NCBI GenBank assembly: GCA_963664875.1
Contig: OY761611.1
Location: forward strand, 1,888,001-1,952,000
Direction: 5' to 3'
Source: Candidatus Kapaibacterium sp.
GTDB lineage: Bacteria > Bacteroidota > Ignavibacteria > Kapaibacteriales > UBA2268
DNA: 64,000 bases
Position 1 is the first letter of the stretch, and every line of letters starts with the position of its first letter. The position numbers were made by a program, and so were the translations under genes. This document shows, piece by piece, positions 1-9,345 of this stretch. The notes beneath the pieces are model-generated. The model searched no databases. It was not told the DNA's origin and worked only from the letters and a program-made list of their open reading frames with translations.

Positions 1-2
1 GT

Positions 3-1055
3 AGTGGCTACGTAAGCCCTAATCCGAGGGTGGGAGCAGTGATATTAGACGAAAATAATGAAGTTATTGCCGAAGGTTGGCATCATGAATTTGGTGCTTT
101 CCATGCAGAAATTGACGCTATAAATAATAGTAGCAGAGATACTTTCGAAGGTTGCACTATGGTAGTCAATCTCGAGCCATGCACCCATGAAGGCAAGACT
201 CCCCCTTGTGCTCCTGAGCTTATCAATCGAAGATTTTCCAAAGTTGTAGTCGGCATGGAAGACCCCAACACTCTTGTAGCAGGTAGCGGCATCAGAATGA
301 TGAAAGAAGCCGGAATTGAAGTCATAACAGGCGTACTCGAAGAGGAGGCAAAATGGGTCAATCGCTTTTTTGCTAAGCATATTACAACAGGAATGCCCTA
401 TGTTATAGCCAAAATGGCTCAGACCATTGACGGATGCATCGCCACTAAACTTGGCAGCTCAAAATGGATTAGCTGTGAAGAAAGCAGAAAAAGAGGGCAT
501 GCCCTGAGAGCTCAAACAGACGGAATTTTGATAGGAAGAAATACGGCACAAACCGACAATCCACAGCTTACTGTCAGAAATGTTGAAGGAAGAAATCCTA
601 AAAGAATCGTATTCGATACCAAACTCAATCTACTGTTAGATTTAAATATCTTTAAAGGTGACCTTAGAGAAAACACTGTTGTATGTTGCTCCAAAGATGC
701 CAATGCAAGAAAAATTGAAACACTTAAGATGGCTGGCCTGACTGTAGTAAAACTTGACACAGGTGCAGATGGTAAAATTGATTTAAAAAATGCGCTTAAA
801 ACACTTTCAGAGCAATGCGGTCTAACTTCGATTTTGCTCGAAGGCGGCGCCTCAATGTACTCCTCCTTTTTCGATCAGGACTTAATAGACGAATACCACA
901 TATTTATGGCACCCAAAGCATTCGGAACAGGCGTGCATACATTTAATGATTTGAAGGTAAACTATGTCAATCAGGCAAAAAACTTCAAAATCAAAGCAGT
1001 CTCTAAATGTGGCGAAGATATTCACATAATTGGTTTACGAGACGACAATAAATAG
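3..1055 (+). CDS. ribD: Bifunctional diaminohydroxyphosphoribosylaminopyrimidine deaminase/reductase (5'-truncated by window edge)
   Basis: Frame is open from the window start (SGYVSPNPRVGAV). Has HAE and EPCxHxGKTPPC zinc deaminase motifs and reductase motifs SKWIS, DNPQLTVR, LEGG. Confidence 0.96.
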   Translation, partial: SGYVSPNPRVGAVILDENNEVIAEGWHHEFGAFHAEIDAINNSSRDTFEGCTMVVNLEPCTHEGKTPPCAPELINRRFSKVVVGMEDPNTLVAGSGIRMMKEAGIEVITGVLEEEAKWVNRFFAKHITTGMPYVIAKMAQTIDGCIATKLGSSKWISCEESRKRGHALRAQTDGILIGRNTAQTDNPQLTVRNVEGRNPKRIVFDTKLNLLLDLNIFKGDLRENTVVCCSKDANARKIETLKMAGLTVVKLDTGADGKIDLKNALKTLSEQCGLTSILLEGGASMYSSFFDQDLIDEYHIFMAPKAFGTGVHTFNDLKVNYVNQAKNFKIKAVSKCGEDIHIIGLRDDNK

Positions 1056-1094
1056 AGAAATCAATTTCGACTACTCTTAAAAAAACTTTCGCAC

Positions 1095-1130
1095 AGAGCA
1101 GAGGAAATGAATAATTCCTTTGCTCTTTTT
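1095..1130 (+). terminator. Intrinsic terminator after ribD
   Basis: AGAGCAGAGGAA...TTCCTTTGCTCT stem followed by a T-run. Confidence 0.7.
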
Positions 1131-1532
1131 GTATTATATATGCTATTTTTGTAATATCATTTTGACATTATTTTTTGGTATTGCATTAGCATTGGTAATG
1201 ATGCCTGCAATTTTTTTATCTGTTGTTTCTTTAATGATTTGAATGCCTGCTCACCGGACAGCATCAGTAAGTCCACAGGAATTGCTCAAATCTTTAATAT
1301 TTCGCCTAAATTGACTTGTTTTTTCTGTTTTTTCGTTCTATCACTCCTTTATAATGTCAATAATTACCAATACCCATATATACGTAAGAATTGAAATAAA
1401 TCTTGATTTATTGCCTTTTTTTTTATATAATGTAGGTCTAATTAAGTAATTACGGACTGTTATGTCCTCCGAGGGCTAACTACTAAAGGGTAATTTATGG
1501 TAAGTTGAATCTTATAATCGGGAGAAAGGTAT

Positions 1533-3470
1533 ATGAGCTATTCTATAGCTATACCCGGACAGCAAAGCGTTCAGGAGCTGGGGAAAAACAATTTTATCCT
1601 GAATACGGAAGTATGCCAAAGGCTATTGGCTGATGAGATAGAAGCAATGGAGATTGATTTCAAAGGTACTATTCAAGATTTATTGCAGATTTTGTGGTTT
1701 GTAAACAAACCAATACACGACGTACTGATTTCAGATAAAAATTTGACAGACAAGAGAAATTATCTCTACTACTATCTAAGCAAGCGAGAAATGGATTTGC
1801 TATCTGCAGATAACCATTTGCACGCACTCGAAAATGCAACAATACAAAATGCAATCACCGCTTGTAAAAATATTTTTGGTCCTCTGTACGAAAAACAAAC
1901 CGGCGTTTCTGCTTTAGAAATATTGGTTAATCTGGCACAGAATAATTTTCAGCATCCCGAAAATGAGGTTTCCGCCGCATTTTTGATGGAATTTATTATG
2001 CTTTTTAAAGCTTTAGAGGGCAATTCTCACATTTACCGTCATTCTGTAGTTAGCGAAGAAATACCTGTATTTTTAGAGCTGCACGGCAGAGAAGCTGCTC
2101 TTAAAAGAATGGAACTTCTGGACGGTATCGGCGAAAAACAGTTGAGCTACATAAACAAATTCCCTTCAGGTCTGCAATTTGATGTGATCGAGAAAAGAGA
2201 AGAAAACAAGAAAAGGATTTTGGATTACTTCAATGCAGACGAAGAAAATTGGGACGATTATATATGGCAGACAACTCATGTAATAAAATCCGCCGAGCCC
2301 ATTTTAGATCTAATTGATTTGCCGGACGAATACAAAGAAGCTGTAAAAATAGCCGTTGATAATAAAATACCTTTTGGTATCACTCCGTACTATTTGTCGC
2401 TCATGGATAAAAATCCTGAGAGTGGTGATGACCATGCAGTTCGCTCCATGGTGTTACCTCCTTTGGACTTTGTCAATGCCATGGTAGAACACCGCTCTGA
2501 TAGAGATATGGCGTTTGACTTCATGGGTGAGCACGATACTTCGCCTGTGGATTTGGTTACTCGCCGCTATCCGAGGATTGCTATTGTCAAACCCTTCAAT
2601 ACTTGTGCACAAATATGTGTTTATTGCCAGAGGAATTGGGAGATAGACGAATGCCTTGACCCTCATGCTATGGCTCCCAAACAGACAATTGATAATGCTT
2701 TTGCATGGTTAGATGATCATCCTAGCGTAGGCGATGTGCTTATTACAGGCGGCGATCCTCTGGTAATGAAAGATAGCCAGATAGAAAGAATGCTCCAGAT
2801 TTGCTCTGAAAAAGAGCAGGTTTACCGTGTACGATTTGGTACTCGAACTCCTGTGGTAATGCCTCAGAGATGGACTGATAATCTTTTGGAAATTATCGAA
2901 AAATACCACAATCCACCAAAGTTAGAGATAGCAATAGTTACTCACTTCGAACATTCCTATGAAATAACTCCGGAAGCTCTAAAAGCTATTCGAAAGATTA
3001 GAAAAGCCGGCGTTTCTGTTTATAATCAGGAAGTGTTCACCATCGAAAATTCACGTCGCTTCGAATCAGTAAAACTTAGACGCGATTTGAAGTCAATAGG
3101 CATCGATCCCTACTATACTTTCAATATGAAAGGTAAAGGCGAGACCAAAAGATATATGGTACCTATCGCAAGATTATTACAGGAAAGGAAAGAGGAAGCC
3201 CGCTTACTTCCGGGACTTGACAGAACAGACGAGCCTGTATTTAATGTACCTCGTCTGGGGAAAAATCACCTCAGGGCAGGTCAAGACCATAAATTGATAA
3301 TGATTAAACCAAACGGTTCACGTGTTTATGAATTTCATCCGTGGGAAAAAAATATCTCTGCTGTGCCGTCTTACAATTACACAGATGTCCCAATCTACAA
3401 CTATCTTGTAGAGCTTCATAACAGAGGCGAAGATGTTATAGACTATCACACCATCTGGTACTACTACTAA
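1533..3470 (+). CDS. KamA-family radical SAM/PLP aminomutase-like protein, long form with N-terminal extension
   Basis: CxxxCxxC (CAQICVYC), ITPYYLSL, RRYP, VLITGGDPL, RFGTRTPVV, THFEH. PRLGK aligns with the PLP-lysine loop of lysine 2,3-aminomutase. AGAAAGG SD-like upstream. Confidence 0.88.
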   Translation: MSYSIAIPGQQSVQELGKNNFILNTEVCQRLLADEIEAMEIDFKGTIQDLLQILWFVNKPIHDVLISDKNLTDKRNYLYYYLSKREMDLLSADNHLHALENATIQNAITACKNIFGPLYEKQTGVSALEILVNLAQNNFQHPENEVSAAFLMEFIMLFKALEGNSHIYRHSVVSEEIPVFLELHGREAALKRMELLDGIGEKQLSYINKFPSGLQFDVIEKREENKKRILDYFNADEENWDDYIWQTTHVIKSAEPILDLIDLPDEYKEAVKIAVDNKIPFGITPYYLSLMDKNPESGDDHAVRSMVLPPLDFVNAMVEHRSDRDMAFDFMGEHDTSPVDLVTRRYPRIAIVKPFNTCAQICVYCQRNWEIDECLDPHAMAPKQTIDNAFAWLDDHPSVGDVLITGGDPLVMKDSQIERMLQICSEKEQVYRVRFGTRTPVVMPQRWTDNLLEIIEKYHNPPKLEIAIVTHFEHSYEITPEALKAIRKIRKAGVSVYNQEVFTIENSRRFESVKLRRDLKSIGIDPYYTFNMKGKGETKRYMVPIARLLQERKEEARLLPGLDRTDEPVFNVPRLGKNHLRAGQDHKLIMIKPNGSRVYEFHPWEKNISAVPSYNYTDVPIYNYLVELHNRGEDVIDYHTIWYYY

Positions 3471-3530
3471 ACTTACTAAAATAAAGTAGAATAAGACATC
3501 GCAATAATATAAACAGATTCCCAATACACC

Positions 3531-3576
3531 TACCCTCAAAAGTTAGTCAATACAACTTTTGAGGGTATTCTTTTTT
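3531..3576 (+). terminator. Intrinsic terminator after KamA-family gene
   Basis: TACCCTCAAAAGTT...AACTTTTGAGGGTA perfect stem plus T-run. Confidence 0.8.
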
Positions 3577-3772
3577 AAAGTGATACAGTTCAATAATAGA
3601 AACCAACAAATAACTATCTTCATCTGTTGTCGCATCATAAGAAAACCTACGAAATTACTGCTGCAAGCATGGAATTATCATCAGAACCATAAAGAATAAA
3701 GAACCTGTTAAAATTGAATAAATAATCATAAGAGCTTTTCGTGTTAAATATATATATAAAAAGGAGCTTGTT

Positions 3773-4588
3773 ATGATTGATAAGTCAGACCCTAAAAAGT
3801 ATGATGAAAATGGTAGAATCAAATCGAAATTCTACCATCAGGAACTTCAAAATTTGCAAATGGAACTTGTAAAACTTCAGCATTGGGTTCATCATCAAAA
3901 GTTAAAAGTAGTTATCATTTTTGAGGGCAGAGATGCCGCCGGAAAAGGTGGAATCATCAAAAGGATACTCGAGCCTCTCAATCCCAGAATAGCAAGAGTT
4001 GTGGCTCTGACTAAGCCATCTGACAAAGAGCAGACACAATGGTATTTCCAGAGGTATGTTTCTCATCTTCCGGCTGGTGGTGAAATTGTAGTGTTCGACA
4101 GAAGCTGGTACAACAGAGCCGGTGTCGAACGCGTTATGGGATTTTGCTCAGATGCTGAGTATGAAGAGTTTTTGCGCTCCTGCCCCGAATTTGAAAGAAT
4201 GCTTATCCGTTCCGGCGTAATACTTCTGAAATATTGGATTTCAGTCAGCGAAGACGAACAGGAAAGAAGATTCAGAGACAGAGCAATAGACCCTAAAAAG
4301 CGTTGGAAACTATCTCCAATAGATCTGGCTTCATTTGATAAATGGGTAGAATACAGCAGGGCTAAAGACGAAATGTTTAAATATACTGACACAAAAAAAT
4401 CCCCTTGGTACGATGTGATAGCTGATGATAAAAAAAGAGCAAGGCTTAACGTCATCGCTCACATTCTTTCCAAAATTCAATATGAAAATGTTATTCCTGA
4501 GCCGTTCGAGTTCCCTGAAAGGACTCTGCGCTCAGCTACAGTGCGTATTCCAATAGAAGATATTAATTTTGTACCTGAAGTGTACTAA
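3773..4588 (+). CDS. ppk2: Polyphosphate kinase 2
   Basis: FEGRDAAGKGG Walker A, FDRSWYNRAGVERVMGF, WKLSP, DDKKRARLN. AAGGAG SD. Confidence 0.96.
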   Translation: MIDKSDPKKYDENGRIKSKFYHQELQNLQMELVKLQHWVHHQKLKVVIIFEGRDAAGKGGIIKRILEPLNPRIARVVALTKPSDKEQTQWYFQRYVSHLPAGGEIVVFDRSWYNRAGVERVMGFCSDAEYEEFLRSCPEFERMLIRSGVILLKYWISVSEDEQERRFRDRAIDPKKRWKLSPIDLASFDKWVEYSRAKDEMFKYTDTKKSPWYDVIADDKKRARLNVIAHILSKIQYENVIPEPFEFPERTLRSATVRIPIEDINFVPEVY

Positions 4589-4627
4589 TATACAAGTACA
4601 AAGAGAATCTAAATATATACTTTAAAG

Positions 4628-4675
4628 AAATGGCAGCAATATGCAAGGAAGTTTGTATTAGCGTGCCATTTTTTT
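4628..4675 (+). terminator. Intrinsic terminator after ppk2
   Basis: AAATGGCA...TGCCATTT extended stem plus T-run. Confidence 0.6.
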
Positions 4676-4796
4676 ATTGAAAAATAAAACAAATCAAAGT
4701 TATTATATGGTTATTAATTCTTGCATATAGTAAACATATTTATTATCTTGTTTTTACGCTTTTACAATTTTCATTTATCAATTCAGGTTATTAAAT

Positions 4797-5411
4797 ATGC
4801 TTCGAATCCTGACCTTATTATTTATTTGTTTTTTAACTTCATCTCAAGTGATGGCTCAAAAGCAAGAAAATAATAGTGCCAAACATTGGGCTATTGTTCT
4901 ATCTGCCGGATATCAATCACACAATGTCCCCGATTTCGCTTTAATCAAGAGTAGTAGAGGGCTTAATTTGCAATTAGAAAATTTCAGATATGATAACTTT
5001 GGATTCTACGCAGGCTATTCTTTCTTCTTTTCAGAAGAAACTCCTTATACTGCATCAGATGAATTTGGTCATATTTTGGGAAACCGAGAATTTCATATTG
5101 AGTTGCATTCTCTCTACTTTGGTTCTAACTGGTTTTTCCTTTCCGGAAATAAAACAAAAGACTTTTCACCTTTCATTGGGGCTGAGCTATCTCTCAATGC
5201 TGTAAATGACATTAGCTCTGTTGATCAAGTGAATAAGCTAAATATTGCATTCGCGCCGGTTTTGGGGCTAAACGTGCCCATTTATGGCTCTTTTGGATTA
5301 AAATTGGATGCAAAATACAAAATCCCGTTTTTGCATATAGAAGTTGATGGTAATTATCGTGCTGAATTTGAATATTTTCAGTTCGACCTTGGTGTAATGT
5401 TTGCCTTTTAA
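4797..5411 (+). CDS. Outer-membrane beta-barrel protein (8-stranded OmpA/OmpW-like)
   Basis: Signal peptide, alternating amphipathic strands (PFIGAEL, LGLNVPI, LKLDAKY), C-terminal DLGVMFAF beta-signal. Confidence 0.7.
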   Translation: MLRILTLLFICFLTSSQVMAQKQENNSAKHWAIVLSAGYQSHNVPDFALIKSSRGLNLQLENFRYDNFGFYAGYSFFFSEETPYTASDEFGHILGNREFHIELHSLYFGSNWFFLSGNKTKDFSPFIGAELSLNAVNDISSVDQVNKLNIAFAPVLGLNVPIYGSFGLKLDAKYKIPFLHIEVDGNYRAEFEYFQFDLGVMFAF

Positions 5412-5465
5412 TGTAAGTGATTCAAAACATATTGAAATATACTTGTTGTTTTGATTTTATCACCT

Positions 5466-7010
5466 TCACACTAAAGTTTCTATCAAAAAATTTCTGTTTG
5501 TGGCATTTGAGAAAATATCTTTAAAAGAAGTAAAATCGGTAGCGAGATGATAATCAAGTCCAAACATCTCAGCTGCACCTTTGAAATTGAAGCTGTGTGG
5601 TGTTTGCCAGTAGCCGAATTCTTCTTTGTATTTGCTTACCGGTAGTTTTGAGAATATGCTACCACCGTGGTTATTAATAACTACAATAGTTACTGGCATA
5701 CCTGCATATTGGATTGTAGATAGTGAGTTCAGGTCGTGTATTGCTGTTAGATCACCAACTACGCAGATTAGTCTCTTGGCTTTAGTTCCTAAGCCTGTTG
5801 CCATACCTATTGCTGAGGAGATATTCCCGTCTATTCCGCTTACTCCGCGGTTTGCTGCTAAGAATATAGACTCACCTTGATTTTCCGAATAAGTATCAAA
5901 ATTTCTGATACTCATACTGTTACCTGAAAAGATGCAGCTTTGTTCCTCGGCATTTTCAAAAACATACTTGCATATATTATAGTCTGTATAGGTGCTATCT
6001 ATCTCTGTAGTGTTATCTTCATTAGAAGCAATATCTATATTAGAGCTATTATTTATTTTAACATTATCATGTATAGAAATATGAGAAATTGATTCTGCTT
6101 TTGCGAATATTTCAGATTTCTGTTCACGGAAAGTAAAGACCGATAGAGATATGTTTTCAAGTGATGAAATCGTATCTGTAAGCTTCTGATTAACAAGCTT
6201 GCCACCGATGAATGCAAGGTTTAGCTGCTGCTTCTCGGACTGTTGTCTGAGCAATTTTTCTAATGCAACTACAATGTTTTTTCTGCCAAAATTCCTTAAT
6301 CCGGAGCGAATATCGGCATAAACCGGAATTTCTGATTTAGATAATACATCTTTGATAAATTGAGACTCAACGTAGTTAAGCTCGCCTATAATGAGTACGT
6401 CTGCGTCTATATTTATTGCTTTAGAGGGAATTTCATTGACCGAAACATTTGGCTCGAACTCTTTGTAGAAATTATAATCTTCACTCGGCTCCAAAGGTTT
6501 TTTATACATGAGATTGATTTGAACCGGCTTGCTGCTCTGAAAAGCATAATTTACAGCAGCTTTCGCCTTATCCAAACCTCCCTTATCTGCAGAGTTGTAA
6601 GTCTCAATATTTGCAAATTTGCCGGCATGAGAGCCATATAAATTTTGCTGATTAACAGTTTGGTTTGCACCTGTCTCATAAAGCTCGAACGGTCTGTCTG
6701 CACTAAGAATTATCATTGGCAGGCAGTCATTATTAGCTTCCATCACTGCAGGAAAGTAATTGGCAGGTGCAGTGCCCGAAGTACACACCAATACCGCAGG
6801 TTTGCCTGTAGCTCTGGCATAACCGACAGCATGATAGCCCGCAGCCCTTTCGTCATAGAATATAGCTTTTTTAGCTCTTGTCTCTTTAGCCAATGAAAGG
6901 GTAATCGGTGTCGAGCGCGATCCGGGAGAGATACAGAAATAATCAATACCCAATGCAACAAGATACTGAATTAATTCACGGGAAACATCATACTGCCTAT
7001 CTCTGTACAT
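5466..7010 (-). CDS. menD: SEPHCHC synthase MenD
   Basis: ISPGSRSTP, DERAAG, CTSGTA, SADRP, GANQT, NRGVSGIDG and ThDP motif GDL...NNHGG. The ATG at 7010 overlaps the menF stop; the ORF track starts at 7022. Confidence 0.93.
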   Translation of the reverse strand: MYRDRQYDVSRELIQYLVALGIDYFCISPGSRSTPITLSLAKETRAKKAIFYDERAAGYHAVGYARATGKPAVLVCTSGTAPANYFPAVMEANNDCLPMIILSADRPFELYETGANQTVNQQNLYGSHAGKFANIETYNSADKGGLDKAKAAVNYAFQSSKPVQINLMYKKPLEPSEDYNFYKEFEPNVSVNEIPSKAINIDADVLIIGELNYVESQFIKDVLSKSEIPVYADIRSGLRNFGRKNIVVALEKLLRQQSEKQQLNLAFIGGKLVNQKLTDTISSLENISLSVFTFREQKSEIFAKAESISHISIHDNVKINNSSNIDIASNEDNTTEIDSTYTDYNICKYVFENAEEQSCIFSGNSMSIRNFDTYSENQGESIFLAANRGVSGIDGNISSAIGMATGLGTKAKRLICVVGDLTAIHDLNSLSTIQYAGMPVTIVVINNHGGSIFSKLPVSKYKEEFGYWQTPHSFNFKGAAEMFGLDYHLATDFTSFKDIFSNATNRNFLIETLV

Positions 7011-8256
7011 AGCCCATCGCATTTATAAAGTTGTCTAATTTGTTATTGGTTTCTAGCCATTCGTTCACTGCCTTCGAACCGGGAACTATGCCTGCTCCGG
7101 CGAATATATATGCTTTATCATCTCTTATAAGAGCTGAGCGAATAGCCACCGCAAATTCGGAATAATCCTTACTAACGATGCCAAATGGAGCAGCGTAAAG
7201 ACCACGATGATAGTCTTCGTACTCTCTGATAAAAGCCATTGCTTGATCAGTTGGCATCCCTCCTACTGCCGGAGTCGGATGAAGTACTTTCAAAAGCTTA
7301 TGATCATTAATATCTCTAAGCTCAGCTTTGATAGGAGTATGTAAATGTTGCAATGTTGCATATCGTCTGATAGATGGCTGAGTATCAGATTTGACTGATA
7401 CTGATAAGTTCTTTATATTATCTATAATATATTCTTTTACTATCTTGTGTTCGTTTAGCTCTTTCTCGTCTGAGAGCAACTCATCTTCCATTTTCTTATC
7501 CAATTCTTCCTCACCATATACGGGACGAGTCCCTGCCAGAGCGTCAATATACAATTTATTATTTTCTCTTCTGAAAAGAGTCTCAGGGCTTGCTGTAATG
7601 AAATAATCACCATTTGGCAACTCAGCAAAAGCCAAATAAGAATTTTCCGAATTAGAGCGAAGTAGCTCCATTACATCAAAAATGCAAACTTTAGCCTCAA
7701 AATCAGCGATAGACATACGAGAAAGAACTATTTTGGAAGTGCTGCCATTTTGGAACTCTTCCAATGCGGCTGCGATCATCTCCGCCCAATGCATTTCCCC
7801 TGTAAAATCAGATATATCCATTACTCTCACTGCCGGCACATATTTCCTTGGCTCTGAAAGATGCAACAAACCGTCAACGTTATCAATACTCTTAGATTTA
7901 TAAAAATATACAGAGTTATTGACTTTACAATATGCAATAATAGGCATATAGAAGAGCTCTTGTGCCATTTGTTCCCATGGGAATTTAAACTCAGCACCAA
8001 AAAAATTTGCTGTATAAAAGTAAAAATCTGCATTTGGCGAGATTTTTTCTTGTATATTAAAGAACCCAAAAAGTTCAAAGTCTCCATCTTTGGATTTCCA
8101 GTATATCTTTTTACCGGATTTCACTTTATCGGGAAACATGTCAAAATCAGGCAACAGCCTGATTAAATCAGTGTTGGCATTGTCTGTGATTAGATTTGCA
8201 TTAATACTATTTAGAAATTTTGTATTCATAGTCAATTTCAGCAATAAAATCCGCAC
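6997..8256 (-). CDS. menF: Isochorismate synthase
   Basis: KIVLSR, ASPETL, ALAGT, KELNEH, QHLHTPI, LHPTPAVGG, RGLYA, FAVAIRSAL, FAGAGIV. Coupled to menD. Start may be the ATG at 8229. Confidence 0.9.
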   Translation of the reverse strand: MRILLLKLTMNTKFLNSINANLITDNANTDLIRLLPDFDMFPDKVKSGKKIYWKSKDGDFELFGFFNIQEKISPNADFYFYTANFFGAEFKFPWEQMAQELFYMPIIAYCKVNNSVYFYKSKSIDNVDGLLHLSEPRKYVPAVRVMDISDFTGEMHWAEMIAAALEEFQNGSTSKIVLSRMSIADFEAKVCIFDVMELLRSNSENSYLAFAELPNGDYFITASPETLFRRENNKLYIDALAGTRPVYGEEELDKKMEDELLSDEKELNEHKIVKEYIIDNIKNLSVSVKSDTQPSIRRYATLQHLHTPIKAELRDINDHKLLKVLHPTPAVGGMPTDQAMAFIREYEDYHRGLYAAPFGIVSKDYSEFAVAIRSALIRDDKAYIFAGAGIVPGSKAVNEWLETNNKLDNFINAMGYVQR

Positions 8257-8338
8257 TAAGTCAGTCTTTAAGACACTAAAGTAAGGATTTTAATTTAATT
8301 TAAAAAAGTCTTAGTTTTGTACTATTGTTCTGTATCCC

Positions 8339-9115
8339 TTGCGAAAAAAGAATTTGGATAAAAATACGAAAATATGGCAAGAACTAACAGCCGGAAAAAC
8401 AATTATTGCCGGCCCGTGTTCTGTAGAAAATAAAGAGCAGATTTCACTACTTGGCGATTTGATTGCCGATATGGGACTTAGATTCTTGCGCGGTGGCTCT
8501 TATAAACCTCGTACCAATCCCACTTCTTTTCAGGGATTGGGAGCTGAGGCTGTGCAGCTTTTACGGGAAGTAGCGGACAGACACAATCTTTTTACCGTGA
8601 CTGAAGTGCTTGACACAGAACAGCTCGTAGAACATTACGACAAAATTGACATGATACAAATCGGCAGCAGAAACATGGCTTCTTACGGCTTTTTGAAGCA
8701 CGTTGGGAACATGACTGCCAAAGATAACAAACCTGTATTGCTAAAAAGAGGATTCGCTTCTACATTGAACGAACTTGTAATGGCAGCCGAATATATCAGA
8801 AATGCCGGCAATCCGAATGTTGTGCTGTGCCTTAGAGGTATCCGTACATTCGAGCAGGTTGACTCACTTTTCCGTTTTACACCTGATTTGGGTTCTATCA
8901 TCGAGCTAAAAGCAATGACAGATATGCCTGTCTATTTTGACCCGTCTCACGCAGCCGGGAAAGCAGAATACGTGCCTGCGCTCGCAAAAGCCGCCTTGGC
9001 AATGGGAGCAGACGGTCTGATGATAGAAACGCACCACGAGCCACAATGCGCTCTTAGCGACGGCATGCAATCTATTTTACCCGAGGTTTTGAGAGAGATT
9101 GTAGAGGGGATTTAG
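8339..9115 (+). CDS. aroF: DAHP synthase type I-beta, catalytic barrel only
   Basis: IAGPCSVE, RGGSYKPRT, SFQGLG, QIGSRNM, LLKRG, RGIRTF, DPSH, SDG. KPRT rather than the KANRS of KdsA. Confidence 0.88.
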   Translation: MRKKNLDKNTKIWQELTAGKTIIAGPCSVENKEQISLLGDLIADMGLRFLRGGSYKPRTNPTSFQGLGAEAVQLLREVADRHNLFTVTEVLDTEQLVEHYDKIDMIQIGSRNMASYGFLKHVGNMTAKDNKPVLLKRGFASTLNELVMAAEYIRNAGNPNVVLCLRGIRTFEQVDSLFRFTPDLGSIIELKAMTDMPVYFDPSHAAGKAEYVPALAKAALAMGADGLMIETHHEPQCALSDGMQSILPEVLREIVEGI

Positions 9116-9168
9116 ATTTTTTTAGAATTATTTTTTAGTTGTTGCAACATTCATCTGTCGAAGAATTG

Positions 9169-9345
9169 CTATTCGATATTATTGAGACATATTATGTCAG
9201 TATTCGAGTAATCTTCTGCATCAAGAACTAAATCCTCATTTTTGTACATCATAGTAACTTTTTCAATAGCTTCTTCACTACTATCAGCTTCGATTTCTAC
9301 TACCCGAGATAGTACTTCTCTTACTACGATTTCATAAGTTTTCAT
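9169..9345 (-). CDS. dpnD: DpnD/PcfM-like small protein
   Basis: MKTYEIVVREVLSRVVEIEADSSEEAIEKV...YKNEDLVLDAEDY fits the DpnD/PcfM pattern. Its ATG overlaps the dpnC 3' end. Confidence 0.8.
   Translation of the reverse strand: MKTYEIVVREVLSRVVEIEADSSEEAIEKVTMMYKNEDLVLDAEDYSNTDIICLNNIE

Noticed and set aside
1140-1290. Small hydrophobic ORFs in the ribD-kamA intergenic
   Set aside because: No convincing start or SD, and AT-rich DNA yields such peptides by chance.
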